From NCBI GenBank assembly GCA_010093745.1, contig MU006038.1, positions 1-46,876 of the forward strand: a stretch of 46,876 nucleotides of DNA, written 5' to 3'. The notes beneath the pieces were generated by a model. That model ran no database searches, had not been told where the DNA came from, and saw nothing but the letters and a program-made list of their open reading frames with translations. The stretch comes from Piedraia hortae CBS 480.64 (lineage: Eukaryota). Below, one piece after another: positions 10,280-23,458 of this stretch; the first letter of the stretch is position 1; each line of letters begins with the position of its first letter. A program made the translations under genes and the position numbers.

Positions 10280-12172
10280 ATGGTGGCCCCAAAGGCCTAT
10301 GCCGAGGAGGCAGCAGAGGTGGAGGTTCTATCTGCTAATCTCGACAAGCTGAAATCGCTCACCAAGAGAATCGGTAGCTCGTTGCATCGGCTGGAAGCGT
10401 CGGGCCAAGTGATGCACGAGGCCATGGATCCCGTCTATGGCAATACACAGCGGTTGCAGACGATGAACAAAAACGTAGATAACATAATGGCTGCGATCGA
10501 TCGGGTCCAGCAGCCGCTGGATATCCGTAATCGGGAAGATCAGATCATCCGGGCTGGGCCGGAACAGGTGGGATTGCAAGAGTACATGGCCAGTATAGAC
10601 AGGACCAGCCAAGCATTGAGTCGTTTACAGGCTACAAATATGCGCAGTAATCAGACGGCCATTTCAGAACTGTCCGAGTTGTTGTCCACCGGCACGGGGA
10701 AGTTGGATGTTGTCTTTCGAGATCTGGTCCGTCAAGAATCACACCCTCTTGAACCGCTGAGACAGATTATGAGCGGTAGTGAATTCCCTCGTATAAACCC
10801 CAACAAGGCCAGTCAGCTCAGAGCCATTGACCAGCATACACACCGTTCGGCGCAGGTGCAGCCTGGGGAGCTGTCATCCTGTGCCCGCACGTATGCGCGC
10901 GAACGAGGGCACTTTATTCAACTTTCACTACAGAATCTGGCTGCCGCTGCCATTCAAACCGCTCGCAAAATGAATGCAGACGCCGTGTACGCTCCGGGCA
11001 GTAATGGCATCACATCTTATGTTGCCGGTCTCAAGGGCATGTATGCAGCTGAATACGATAGCGTGTGTGCCATCTTTCAGCGGGATGAGTGGTTGCCCAT
11101 CCTCCAGGCCGCTTGCCAACCCTCGCTGTCTGCCTTTGCCATGACTTTGAAAGAGCTCGATGTGCACATCCGCTCGCATCTGCTGACCGACTGCTTTCTG
11201 GCATATGAGATCAACGATGTGGCATCAAATGCAGCTCTGCAACTCGAAGCCACGTGTGGTGAAGCTATAAAACACGCAATGCTAGATGCAGTCAAGCCCG
11301 TCCGCGAAACAGCAAAAGCCTCTCTCTCATCTCTCCTCCACGATATCCGCACCAAAGTCCGGGGGATGGTCACTCTCCCACCTGACGGAGCCGCCGTCCC
11401 ATTAACAACCGAAGTGGTACAACGTTTGCAGCTCATGACCACGTACCTCTCGCCTCTCACTAGCATCATGCGTAGTCTAGGTGATGGTGGCTGGTCCAGC
11501 CCTGCAGCAGGCATGTCAGCCCAATCCGTTCCAACCCTGAAATCCTTCGACGTCGGCGCAGACGGCCGCCAACTCTTCTCACACTACGCCTCCGACAGCG
11601 TCGAAATGCTCCTCTCCGGCCTTGAGGAACGCGCTAGACAGGGTCTCAAAGGCAAAAGCCTACAAGGCGTCTTCCTCGCCAACAACATCATCGTCATCGA
11701 ACGACTCATCCGCTCCTCCGACCTCAACAGCCTAATGCAAACCGCCCTCACCAAACTCGAAGCCGCCCGCAAACGCGCAACAGGCTTCTACATGGAAATG
11801 TGGAAAGAACCCTCAACCCACCTCCTCGACATCCAGTACACCTCAAAAGGAGGAGCAGCCGCCCGTCCCCCATCAACCGGCCAGGGCGTCGACTCCGCCG
11901 CGGTCCTCAAATCCCTATCCTCCAAAGACCGTGACGGAATCAAAGAAAAATTCCGCAACTTCAATACCGCGTTTGATGAGTGTGTGACCCGTCATAAGTC
12001 TTACCGCATGGAACCTGAAGTGCGACGTCAGCTTGGTCGTGATGTGCAGCATTTTATTGAACCGCTGTATAATCGTTTTTGGGAAAGGTATCATGATGTG
12101 GACAAGGGGAAGGGGAAGTATGTGAAATATGATAAGACGCAAATGGCAAATGCTCTCGCCAGTTTGGCTTAG
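10280..12172 (+). CDS. EXO70: Exocyst subunit Exo70
   Basis: 630-aa uninterrupted ORF with AEEAAEVEVL, GVFLANN, KDRDGIKEKFRNFN, FIEPLYNRFWERY and KYVKYD. Confidence 0.95.
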   Translation: MVAPKAYAEEAAEVEVLSANLDKLKSLTKRIGSSLHRLEASGQVMHEAMDPVYGNTQRLQTMNKNVDNIMAAIDRVQQPLDIRNREDQIIRAGPEQVGLQEYMASIDRTSQALSRLQATNMRSNQTAISELSELLSTGTGKLDVVFRDLVRQESHPLEPLRQIMSGSEFPRINPNKASQLRAIDQHTHRSAQVQPGELSSCARTYARERGHFIQLSLQNLAAAAIQTARKMNADAVYAPGSNGITSYVAGLKGMYAAEYDSVCAIFQRDEWLPILQAACQPSLSAFAMTLKELDVHIRSHLLTDCFLAYEINDVASNAALQLEATCGEAIKHAMLDAVKPVRETAKASLSSLLHDIRTKVRGMVTLPPDGAAVPLTTEVVQRLQLMTTYLSPLTSIMRSLGDGGWSSPAAGMSAQSVPTLKSFDVGADGRQLFSHYASDSVEMLLSGLEERARQGLKGKSLQGVFLANNIIVIERLIRSSDLNSLMQTALTKLEAARKRATGFYMEMWKEPSTHLLDIQYTSKGGAAARPPSTGQGVDSAAVLKSLSSKDRDGIKEKFRNFNTAFDECVTRHKSYRMEPEVRRQLGRDVQHFIEPLYNRFWERYHDVDKGKGKYVKYDKTQMANALASLA

Positions 12173-12559
12173 GAATCCCCTGCGAGAAGGCAGAGTGCGA
12201 GGTTGTTTCACCAGGGACATGTCCTGCCGATTAGGCGTGCGTTTACGAATGTCGGGAGGTCGGTGTCTAGGCCGGTGTAGGTTGACAGTTTTGGGGGTGA
12301 TGGTTCTACGAATGGCTTTGAGAGAGTCGGAGTAATGACAGCTTGAAATATGCATGTATACCAAAGAGCCTTCCAGATAATGTTTCGGTGATCATAATCC
12401 GTCGATGCCTCTCTATACAGTCTGACAATGGGCAGAATCGAGCAGGAAATCGACAGTCTCTCAGACCAGCGTCCTCAACTCTCAAAGACGACTCCACCCA
12501 TGTTGTAGAACAGAGCAACTTCGAGTAATCAACCAGCTCTCGACAAGCTTCTCAACATT

Positions 12560-14400
12560 CCCAGAAAAATCCCCAGCAGAAGCGGTAGGCGTTTCGGAAG
12601 CAAGAGGTACCCGAGCGCAGTCCATAGGCGTGAAGCTTCACCAGCTGATGGCTACTTTGCGTCGAAACTGGGCTGGAATATTATCGAGCGTTGTGAAGAG
12701 AATTATCTTGTCCAAATATGATGTCTTGGACTGGTCACAGCGAACTGCCTTGAACCTGTGATGATTCTGGATTGAGTCAAGTGATGTTGGAATTTCACCA
12801 AGTTGACTGTATAAGTTGCAAGATCAGAGAAAACCAAATCAATAGCCTTGGAGGTTTGAAGCTTCTCCCTCAGCCTGTCTGTTACATCGTCAGGGCGATT
12901 GCGTTGAAGTAGTTGGATTGCTTTACTTACTGCATTGAGGCTTGCCAGATGCTTCACGTTGAGGCGGAGGGCAGAGAGTTCATCATTATCTCTTTTGCCC
13001 TTACAGGCGAGGTTGTGCCCAAGCAAGTCATTCGTGACTACGAAGCGATGAAGGCCATCCAACTCGTGCACATGGAAGTCGCCGCTGGTCGTTTCTTGCC
13101 GCCTGCCCGGCTTCGTCCTCTGTCACGACGGTCGAATGGTAAATTTTCAGGTGGCGTAGCGGGATTGTAGTGCTGTCGGTAACCTTGTCCTTGGACACCC
13201 ACAGAGTGGGCACTCACAGTACTCGGCACAGTCCAAAATAACACGTCTGGATAGTCCTTCCCCATCATCTAATCCGTCCACGAGCGAAAACCCGCAGATC
13301 AGGAGAAATACTCATCCCCTTCGAACCGTGAGACCCGGCGTTCCACGTTTGCATCTGGGTCATGGCATTCGTCGAACCGCAGAGTCCTTAGCTGTGGAAA
13401 CGTAAATTTTACATGGAGGATGCTAGGCTCAGACGTATCTCGTTCCTCCAGTCAAAGGGTGGATGTGTGCATCGAGCCGGTTGATGTGCTTGGGGTAAGC
13501 CTGCATCATTTCAGGATGCAGGCCCAAGAAAGTTTCCAGTGGTGGGCCGTGCCACATTATCTCAACTGCCGTGTCTCGCACACATAACCGCCACGTTGGA
13601 CGAGCATTCGATTGCTGCTGGGTGGGTGCGCTAGTTATGCTGTATAAATTTGTGGGAATTGTTCTTTGATCCTAGAGGCTGGGAAGTGGTGTGGACGAAG
13701 AAACGTTGCTGTTCTGTGTTGGAGGGTGGGTTATTCTCCAGCGTAGAGACTGATAGGCACCTCGCGCGGCTTTGGAGTCGGATGCTTGGGATCGAACCGC
13801 CGTCTTTCCAAGTCGCGGGACCGTTGCGGTCCATGCAAAATGCACCCGAGAAGAGACATTCTCAGTGCTGATTCTCAGGTTTTTGGTTGGTGATCCGAAT
13901 GACAATAACCCGTAGGTAATCATGAGTTTCCCCCACGGTGGCATCCGAAAGGCTTGATTCCTTTCCATGTCTCGCTCTCAGAACATCTGTTCCATAATGG
14001 CACAGGATCCAACCACGTCGACCTACTCATCATCATGGTCTTCCAATCCACAGGCCCTCGCCTCTTTTGACGTTGCCACTTCCAAATCGGTCTATGCTGC
14101 GGGATCCAGTCTCTCATTGCTCGGCTTTTCCACCGGGGCTCTATCGCTTCTCCATCGGTGTAAATTGTTTGCCTGCAAACTGTTTCCCCATGCAAAGATA
14201 GATTGACGTCGATACCCCGCAGTCTTGAACGGAAGACTGCTCCGGGTCGCATCGCCCAAGAAAGTCGTCTTCCACATGTTCAGTTGCAAGCTCAAATATG
14301 GGAAATATTCTGGGTTGACATTGTGGTGGTGGGGGATTTGTGGGTCCCCACACGGAAAGACCCGCTTTCGAAAAATTTCGTGAGACGTCAGGCAAACGAT
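12560..14400 (-). pseudogene. Possible decayed protein-coding gene (F-box/LRR-like character)
   Basis: A chain of broken minus-strand ORFs with protein-like segments such as IFPIFELATE and FTFPQLRTLRFDEC; many stops and frameshifts; identity uncertain. Confidence 0.25.
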
Positions 14401-14636
14401 CTTTACGCTGTTTCGCGGCTGCTCAATGGCGGTATCTCTTTTCCGTGGCGCGCATCAAGCTGCCTATAGGATTATGATTTAGAACACTGGAAGTCTTTTG
14501 ATACAGATGACACCACAACAAGCGCACAAATGTCTACAAAATTCCATTCTCCTTACCTAAACTACACGACTGCTCCAAAATCTACACACAATCCTCTCCA
14601 GCCCCCAGCCAACGCTGAGCAATCGATGGAAAAAAG

Positions 14637-14832
14637 TGGGGTCGCATCAGTTGGAGATAGTGCGAAACTCGCGACACTGTGCTCCCGGACATGAGCATGC
14701 TCAGCGGTCGCGGGAACGGGAACGGATTTCAAAAATGAATTTAGTCAGTGAAGCCCCCGTAGATGCATATCTGAGATTAGACTGATAAGAACAGATACTA
14801 CGCTTGATCTAAGCCAAAAGGCAAAGAGAGCT
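14637..14832 (-). ncRNA. U2: U2 spliceosomal snRNA (variant)
   Basis: Minus strand reads AGCTCTCTTTGCCTTTTGGCTTAGATCAAGCGTAGTATCTGTTCTTATCAG, with branch-recognition GTAGTA, Sm-like ATTTTTG, a 3' stem-loop containing GCAC and a downstream T-run. Confidence 0.92.
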
Positions 14833-16006
14833 GAAAGAGTGAAAAAAGGTTTTGGGCGGGAGAAACTGAAATAGGTGGGATCGGCGCCAACGAGTCATGT
14901 TGCCGCGCTAGTGAATCTGTGAGTTATGATTGGTTGAAGAGACCGGGCTAGAGCGAATTGGGTTACGGCGACAACTATGTTTGGGGCTATTATATGTCAG
15001 ACAACGACTAAGCGGTTCAATTGACTATGAGCACACAGAAGACGAGCGTTAGAGGGTGGTATCGTTACCAGCGTCCCCCTGGGGCAGTTTAGCCTGGCTA
15101 TCGGACACTGGATACATCTTCAAACCGGACTGTCAGCACCCAGTCTCGCCTTCACTCACCTGTCGACACTTATATACAGTGAATCCTTGACACAGCGTAT
15201 GGCATTCCCGCGCCAAATCGATCCGCTATATACCGTACGAACGCGGGGCATGGGATCCTTTGTCAAAGTAGCTCATGTGGGCATACAGTAGGCAGGAACA
15301 GATGTTCAACGCACGGGTCAGGTAAGCTGAGTATCACATCGGTTTGCAGGCGATGGAGTTGTTGTGTCAAGGGAGTCGTGAACACTCTCCTGGCGAATTA
15401 TTACCATTGGTGATGAGTTTGGTTGGCTGATTTCCTATCCTCTGGTATGGTAGACTCGACTATGAGAAGACGGTTCTTGCATTGAGTGCTGGATCTCCTG
15501 CAGGCATGACTGCATCTTTATCTGCTTGAAATAACTATGGGTGAAACATCCGTTTAGCTGATAAGGTTCATTCCTCTCATAGAGTAGACTAGACAATGAG
15601 GATTGTTCCAGCTGGCCTGACTCCATCGTATTTACCTCACTTCAAAGGTTGGAATAACATGTTTTCTCTTTAACGGAACATATGCAATTCGGCACTGAAA
15701 TAGCATTGTCCCAACCTTCCAAACTGAACCGTTAGCACCTCCCTTAAAAATCACCAGGGCGTCGACATGAAAGGCAAGCTCTCTGCTACGGCCATTCTCA
15801 AACTATGTAGGTATTTTGTACTTGTTATCTGCAGTGACAACTCGACTCTGACTAGACTAATACCATGATAGTGCTTCCCCACTAAGACCACCAAAGTCAT
15901 AGTACCAGGACAAAAACAGCTTTCGGCTAAAATACATCAGCAAGAACCTATAATCATTGCATCCTAACGGTAGGGACGCAGTTCAGAACCAAAAGTTTTA
16001 GCTAGA

Positions 16007-17542
16007 CTAGCCACGGATGGAGAAGCCTTTCTTCTTGGTACCCTTGTCTTCGGCCGGACGGCCCGTTTCGAGACGCGCCTTCTTCTCCTCGAGGTCGGCG
16101 CGTTGACGGTCCAGCTGTTCCTTCATCTCACGGTGACGCGCATAAAGCTCGTCCTCGCTTTGCTTCAACTTGCTCTCTTTTTCCTGTACCTTTTGCTGGA
16201 AGACCATCTTCATCTCTGACTCCATCTTGGCCAGTTTCTGCTCGTGCAGCTGGCGATCCTCCTCGAGCTTAGCGGCCGGGTTGATCTCCTTGAAGACCGA
16301 GGCGTCCTGGGTAACGCCCATGTGCGTGAGCTTGTCGGAGCGGTAGTTTTCGTAAAGGACATTGTTAGTGTGCTCCTTGAGCTCTTCCATGTGCGTGCGA
16401 ATCAGCATTTGGCGCAGCTTGACAAAGTCGCAGTGTTCCTCATTGTCGACATCGATGACGCCCCAAGGGTAGCTACGGCCACGAACGCGGTGACCCTGCG
16501 GCGTCATGACGACAGCGTTGGCGCCAACGACGGCAAACGGCACCTTGGATGCAATGTCGTTATTCTCGGCCACCGTCTCTTCGTCGTCGAGCTCGTAGCG
16601 GGGGCCTTCAAAGATGTGGATGCCCTGGTATTCAATGTCGTTAAGAACCTGTCACGTCAGCAGGGGATGCTTTGGAAAGGGGGGGAATCTCTTACCCGGC
16701 GTTTGAAGCCGGTAATCTCCTCTTCACTCATCGTGTCCGACTTGGCGATGACGGGAATGAGGTTGACCTTGGAGTGCAGACGGCGCATGACCTCAATATC
16801 CAGCGCCTTGAGGGAATGGCCCGTTGGCTGGATAAAGTAAACGCAAGCATGGATGCGGTTATCAACAATGTTCATGCGGTTAAGCTTGTTCTCAGCGTCA
16901 AGGTAAGCGTCGAAGCGCTGGTCAATGTTATCGATGATCGGACGCCACGAGTTGTCGTTATTGACAAAGTCACCAAATCCAGGGGTGTCAACGACCGTCA
17001 GCCTCAAGCGGACTCCACTCTCCTCGATGTCAGCACTAATGCTTTGGATGCTGACCGTTTTGTGGGCGAGGTCGTGCGAGGGCTGCTGGCGCTCGCGCGG
17101 CGGGTACAACGACGTGTTGAACAGCGTGTTGACGAGCGTCGACTTGCCCAAACCAGACTCACCGACGACCATGACATTGAAGTTGAAGCCTTTACGCACA
17201 CTCTTGCGGTGCCATTGGTTGGGTAGATTAGCAAAGCCAACATAGCCGGTGAGCTTGCGGCGGATGATGTTGCGCGAGTCGGACGCCGCTGTCGTCGTCG
17301 CCTTTGGGTCGCGCGAGGACGCCGTCTGCGGTACAGCCTGGCTGCCATTGGTCGCGGGCACGCTACCGCTGGTCGACGGCTGTGTCATTGGCTGTGTCAT
17401 TGGCTGTGCCGTCGGTGCCGTCGACGCTGGGGAAGGTGGCTCCTGCTGGGGGGTCATGGGCGCCAAGTTTGCTGTGTTTGCTACAGCCGCTGCAGTCGAG
17501 CTTAGCCGCATGTTAGCTGACGGATGGAAGGCACTTACCCAT
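16007..17542 (-). CDS. CDC3: Septin Cdc3/AspB; 3 exons
   Basis: [22 protein letters not shown]-loop [20 protein letters not shown] and GRSYPWG, plus a coiled-coil tail. Exons 17542-17539 (ATGG), 17489-16696 and 16648-16007. Confidence 0.93.
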
Positions 17543-18173
17543 TTCTTACACTACACGAAACTGAGTGTGAACTGGTCGTGCGTCGCTGGCACCGTGGGGC
17601 TAGGCCGACGCGCTCTAGACCCGTTGGGAAAGGATTCAAGGGTGCGGGGCAGGGTCTAACGGTAAACGGTGCAAGGAAAGAAACTGCGAATCCCGCAGCA
17701 GAAAAAAGGGCAGCGAAGATGGGAAGGAGCTACGCGTCTGTCGTTCGCGCATAGAAAGTCTGTCCCTGTTCCGACGCACGAACCTGCACGCGGCCCGACC
17801 CGCTACACTCTGCCTTTTTCAATCTGCAACACCAAAGGGTCGAGGGCCATTGAACGTGTGCCAGTTCTGCTGTCCACCTGTTGTACAGGTCGCCTTTGTG
17901 CACACACTACTAACACTTACAAGTTGTACTCAAAGAACTGTGCCGTCGGATGACCCGAAACGGCACGATGCAGGCGCTGCAGGCAGACGTCCAAGACATG
18001 GGCTGCCAGGCCGACATTCCTTTTTGGGGTTATCATCTCCTGTGAAACGTGATCAATTCAGGCAAGCTTACTGCATGATCAGATGTATAATCGGAGCTGG
18101 GCGCCAAACTGCTAGGGAAGTATGGTTGGTTGGTTGGTTCCGTCTAGCTTCATCATATCTGAGTCATGTCCAA

Positions 18174-19413
18174 TCACACAGTTACTTCTGTCTCCCTTTC
18201 CATCGATGACTTGATATCCGCCCACTTGGTCTCACTGAACCTTCCACGCTCGAAGCTCTTCATCGGCACCAGGCCGTAGCGATCAAACATGGCTTTATCC
18301 TCACTCCATCCTACAGCTTCTGTAGTCAGCATCTTCTCTCCTGTAAATACTGCGTTAGCGCCGGCGGAGAAGCAGAGTATCTGCTCAGCCTCGCTCATGG
18401 TTGTGCGACCTGCGGCGATGCGGATGATGGTAGCCGGCATAACCAGCCGCGCCGTGGCAATTGTCCTCAACATGGCGTCAAACGGAATCGGCCGCTTCCC
18501 TGGTGGAAGCTTGTCACCGAGAGGGGTGCCCTTGATGGGAACCAAGGCATTTACAGGGAAAGACTCGGGGTGCTTGGGAAGCGTGGAGACGGTGTGCAAG
18601 AGGCCGACGTGGTCTTCTGCCTTCTCTCCAAGCCCGAGGATGCCTCCCGAACACACATTTATTCCAGCCTGTCGGACGTTGGCCAGCGTCTGCAACCGCT
18701 CGTCGTAGCTTCTCGTTGTGATTACTGACGGATAGTGTTCGCGGCTGGTGTCCAGGTTGTGGTTGTAGGCTGTAAGACCAGCGTCGGCCAACTCCTGTGC
18801 CTGACTTTCGTCGATCATGCCCAGCGTCACGCAGACCTCCATGTCCATTTCCCGAATGCCTTGGACCATGGCTTTGATATTCTTCAGACTCGTCTTGCGT
18901 CCGCGCATATCCCTCCACGCCGCTCCCATGCAGAATCGCGTACTGCCGTTCCCCTTTGCTATCCGTGCCGCTTCCAGCACCGAATCTACAGACGACATCT
19001 TGGTTGCTTGGAGCCCGGTGTTGTGTCGAGATGACTGCGAGCAATAGGAGCAGTCTTCCGAGCAGCCTCCTGTCTTGATATTCATCAAAGTGCACATCTG
19101 AATTGCTGAAGGACGGTGGAAGCGGCGGTGCAAGGTGCCCTTTTAGGGATTAGCCTGGCTCGGTTGGCTTGGGAAAACATACGGATTGATAAGCCAGCTC
19201 CATGAGTGGCGTATTGTATATTTCTCTGATTTCATCTCGAGTCCAGTTGTAGCGAGGCTCTCGAGCGTTTACTGCTTCCTGTAAAACGCGCCCTGTCTCG
19301 GGCTGCCGAGGTTCAAAGACGGAGAAGCTGTCATTGACGGGTGTGCTGAGTAGGCGAACGCCTATATTGTGCACTGGGCGAAGAGCCGCCCTTTTGGAGC
19401 AGAAGAGGGCCAT
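18174..19413 (-). CDS. BIO2: Biotin synthase (radical SAM); 2 exons
   Basis: CSEDCSYCSQS (CxxxCxxC), YNHNLDTSRE and VCSGGILGLGE; 43-nt intron at 19182-19140; mitochondrial-type N-terminus. Confidence 0.95.
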
Positions 19414-20678
19414 GGTGGGATGAAGAGGGATTTGGTGGGGTTGCGGTGGAAAGTGGGGCCATTGTTGTCAACGTTGGTGGCGGTTCCTGACTGATAGAAT
19501 TTGATAGGCGAAACGTGAACTCTGTTTGTGATGGTCTGGCGAGCACAAGGCTCTGGCAATGCCGGTATCATCTACCAGTCCCTCTATTCAACGATCGTTG
19601 TGGGGCAAGCATGTAGATGAGACAACTGTGGAGAAACCCACCCACGAACGGGTAGCATACCACGATACTCGGCAGGATATCTCCTAACCAGATTGTAGGC
19701 TCGGTCTTTGCACTGGTTGCATCCTCAATAGTGACCCTAGGTTGTACGATTTTATCTGATGCTCCGTACCAAAAACTCCCAGTTATCATCCCTTCCCTCC
19801 AGTTCTCTGTACTAATGCCCTTCTTTATCGGTACCAGAACACTCCATCCACTCGCAAGAAAAGCCTACTTGGCTCAATGCTCGCGAAGCTTGTCTACATA
19901 CCAGGCTCGACATCGACATACGCATCATCATGCCGTGGCCAATGAAGACGGGAAGTGCACTACTGTATGCCCATCATATTCTCGACAAAGTCTTCAAAGA
20001 TCTTGCCTTTAGCTCCATCTGCTTCAACACGCGGTTGTCGGATGACAACCCTGTCTTTAGGCCGAGGTCGGGGCCGAACAACAAGCCCATAAACCCACAG
20101 CAAGAAGTCTTTACACTACGAGCAACATAGCGACCTCCAGCTATCCATCATCAACAACAGTCGTATCATGGGACCAGCCAACTCGGCGCTTAAACAACTC
20201 AAACCGTCGCATTCACTCTATTTTAGTTAAAGTTCGACGGGGTGATTTGGGGATTGACAACGGGCCGCACCATGATCATCCTTGACATCTGGCCATGGCC
20301 GGAAGTTGAAAAGCTGGGGTCAAGTTTCCTTGCTTCCCATGTTATCGTCCACCAAATGTATCTACCAAGACGCAATGCAAGCTATAGCACCAAAGAGTAT
20401 CACCCTAAGCCACTGTATCAACCCCATTCTCCCAAGATAATAAGAACCCTCCCCTCCCACGAAGTATCCCTTCTCCTCGCACTGATCCCCGAACCCTCTC
20501 CCGAATCTGAAACAACCCGCCAAACGTTTTTAAAGACCCCGACAATTCATCAACGGAATATCATAACCCTCCTTTCCCCCTCTCCCTCTCTCTGTTCCTC
20601 TCTCTGTTCTCCTCTCTGTTCCCTCCTCATCATTCCTTAATCACCAACTAAATCCACTCGTTTCTCCCCTTCAAGAAA

Positions 20679-21334
20679 ATGTTTCGCCTCCTCGCCCTAA
20701 CCCTCCTCACTCTCCCCTTCACCCTCGCCGACTCGGACCAATACTGCCCCGATTCCGACTACGCCCTCGAACCCGAGGATGCGTACGATCTAGCCTACAA
20801 CTTCGGCAAGCTCGTCTCCAACTACAACAGCGATCTCGCGGACAATACCCTCGACCCCAGCTTCGTCGATTTCTCCGAGGGAGTTAACTCGATGATCGAC
20901 AACGGGGGTGATTCGCCGGTGTCATTGCTCGGTCCGACGTTCTCCTCCCGTACGGGATTCAAGGATGCTTCGTCGAAACAGCCTTCTGTGCCGTTTAGGT
21001 TGAAACAAGTCTGGGTCTCGTGTGATTGGGTCACGTTTAGGTGGGAGAGTGATCAGTCCCCGAAGCCGGTGGTGGGGATAAGTGTCGGACATGCTGTCCC
21101 TGCTCCGTTTGGGAATTTGACGCCTTTCAGGTATGTGTGTGATTTTGAGTAGGAGGGTGATGAGCTGACAATGATAGGTTCGATAAGGTGTACGGCGAGT
21201 TTGATAGTGCGGCTTGGCTTACGAATGTTGGGGTGTTGAAGCAGAGTAATTCAAAGAGGGCCGTGAATCCGTTCAAAGCCCGCAGGGAAGCCTTGATGGC
21301 TCGTCGAGGGGAAGAGAAGAAGAACGGACAGTGA
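20679..21334 (+). CDS. Small secreted protein, possibly NTF2-like fold; 2 exons
   Basis: Signal-peptide-like MFRLLALTLLTLPFTLA. Intron 21131-21177 (GTATGT..GCTGAC..TAG) joins to FDKVYGEFDSAAWL; stop at 21332-21334. Confidence 0.8.
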
Positions 21335-21398
21335 AAAAAAGGAGTGTTCTGTGTGACTGGGTTTGTTTTTACAATGCGTAATTTCTTTTTTCATAATG

Positions 21399-23402
21399 TC
21401 ATTCGGCTATATCGACATTATAAGCCGCCGCAAAGTCCATTTGTGCGAGTTGACCTTGGATTCGGTCGACTTCTTGACTGAGGTCTTGGGCGTTTTGAGT
21501 GAGGGTGGATATCTTATCGAATTCTCGTTTGCGTTGGGCTTTGGTAATCATTTCGCTTACAAAGAACTTTTGCTCTTCGAGGACGATGAGTCGCTCGTTT
21601 AGGGTTTTTTCTTCTTTTTCCAGGGTGTATAGTGCGGAGCTGGTGGTACTACTCGCCCTGCTGCTACCGGGCCTGATATGGGCTAGAGTGTTGCTGCTGC
21701 TACCGCCAAACGCCTGCCGTCCTTGCACTTCTGCATGCTTGAGAGTTTTGGGCAGTGCTTTTAATGGCAGCATGTGCACATGTAAGAAATTGGTGGCTTT
21801 GGCATATATAGCTTTTTGCACCCGTTGTTGTGTTGGACTGTCAGTTTCCAGGTCTCGCAGTTTTCTCGCCGCCAGGTCATATCTGGTAAAAGAGTCTGTT
21901 AGCCTCTTCCGTAGTTTACTGGCGTCTGAGAGCTGTGCATGGGATGGTGGCTTGCTGGTATCTTGCAACGCAGTGATTAGACGTTGGAACTTGGGTAGTA
22001 GTAGCCTAATTCCATGCTCAAATTGGACGAGATGGTTATAACTCCTTTCCAGAGGGGTCTCCGTAGCTATATCCCTTTGGAAGTCGGCTTTGCTGAATAT
22101 TGTTCGATGACAATCTCTGCATAACCTGACCTCGACAACCTTGGGTGTTACCTTTTCAGAGTCGGTTACTATAGAGTTAGCACCACTGAACAAGGGAGAG
22201 CAGGCTGCATTACCAGTGTCAACGTCCAGGCCAACTTTGGACGAACAGGCCGTAGGCGACTCCCCACAGACAACACGGCCACATGTCCTACAATGATGTC
22301 GACGCAGGAGATATTGTGAAAAGGGCTGCTGGCAAAACGGACACTCAACGACATCAGCGTCATTTTGCCAGGACACAACCGTCTGCTCCAGATATCGGAT
22401 ATGAGACTTGTTACCAGCTATCATGGTCCAAATGCTCTGTTCCGGGTCAGACTGTGGATCCGCCAGAAGCCGCGTGAGACGTGTCAGTCTGCTTTCCAGT
22501 CGACTGGTCTCCAGATTCTGCTTGTCTATCCGCTTGGCTCGACCGCTGGTGAAGAAGCTGGTGTGATTCTGCTCCTGTCCGTGATGATCATTGTAGCCAT
22601 CGCGGCTCTTGTAGCATGTCTCGCACACACGATACCACAGGCCCCGTACTGGCTCATGCTGGGCAGACCGTGACAGCTTCATCTGGTACATTGTGTGCTC
22701 CTCACAGAAAAGCTTCCCGCAGTGGCGGCAATTGACAATGCCATTGGCTGCCCCGAGCCGTTTCCCACAAAGTGGATCTGAACAGGCATCGTAGCCCGTT
22801 GGTCGCTGCCAGTGGGTCTTAGTCACCACGTCTTCGGGGTCTACAACCATCTCCAGCGGCCGAGGAGACGTTGTCCGTTGTCTCTGCGGCTCGTTGTTGG
22901 ACTCAAACACTTCGAGGCCACGCAGCTTCTGGTTGAGCAGCTGCAGCGGCTGGAACTTTTTGGCCTTGACCATCTGCTGCGTGAACCACGTCTTGGCTTC
23001 GTCCTGCTCGCTAACCTCGAGGTTGGCATGGCTGTCATCAATGTGTCTACGGCAGTCAGGACTGGCAGAGCAGCGGCAGATCAAGGCAGCATACCTACCT
23101 GTTCAGCTGGAGGAGCGTGACCTGAAAGCGTCAGTCGAGAAAGAGTCTCACAGCGGCGGAAGGCCCACCATGTCCTCGGCGCAAATGGGACACACCAGCC
23201 GCGACCCGGCCGCCGCCGCCCGCGCCACGCCGTTCTCGTCAAAGAGCATCTCGTGCTCCGTCAGCGACGTGCTCGACGTCTGCGAGTTGAGCGAGACGGA
23301 GCTCTCCGACGGCGACAGCAGCGGCGGGGCGGACGACGGCGGCGCGAGGCTTTTGCCGCTGCCCAGCACGCGGCCTCCTCCAAGACTCCGTCTGGCCGCC
23401 AT
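21399..23402 (-). CDS. PEP7: Vacuolar segregation protein Pep7/Vac1 (rabenosyn; C2H2 plus two FYVE domains); 4 exons
   Basis: CPIC...LLQLNRHIDDSH, VNCRHCGKLFCEEH and RRHHCRTCGRVVC. Introns at 23168-23122, 23098-23047 and 22213-22169. Confidence 0.92.
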
Positions 23403-23450
23403 TACATCCTCCTTTGGCTGTGTCTTCTCTGGTGTGGAGTGCTGATTTCA

Positions 23451-23458
23451 CACGTGAC
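23451..23458 (-). promoter_or_regulatory. Cbf1-type E-box GTCACGTG in the 56-nt PEP7/MET8 divergent gap
   Basis: Exact RTCACGTG directly abutting the MET8 ATG. Cbf1 regulates MET genes in yeast; function here is inferred. Confidence 0.4.

Noticed and set aside
16244..17226. Long antisense ORFs over the septin (also over BIO2 and PEP7)
   Set aside because: Shadow frames caused by codon bias of the real genes.
17378..17408. 12-bp tandem repeat in the septin N-terminus, plus the 20585-20622 pyrimidine repeat and the GAT/GCT run near 220-240
   Set aside because: Ordinary slippage repeats with no sign of function.
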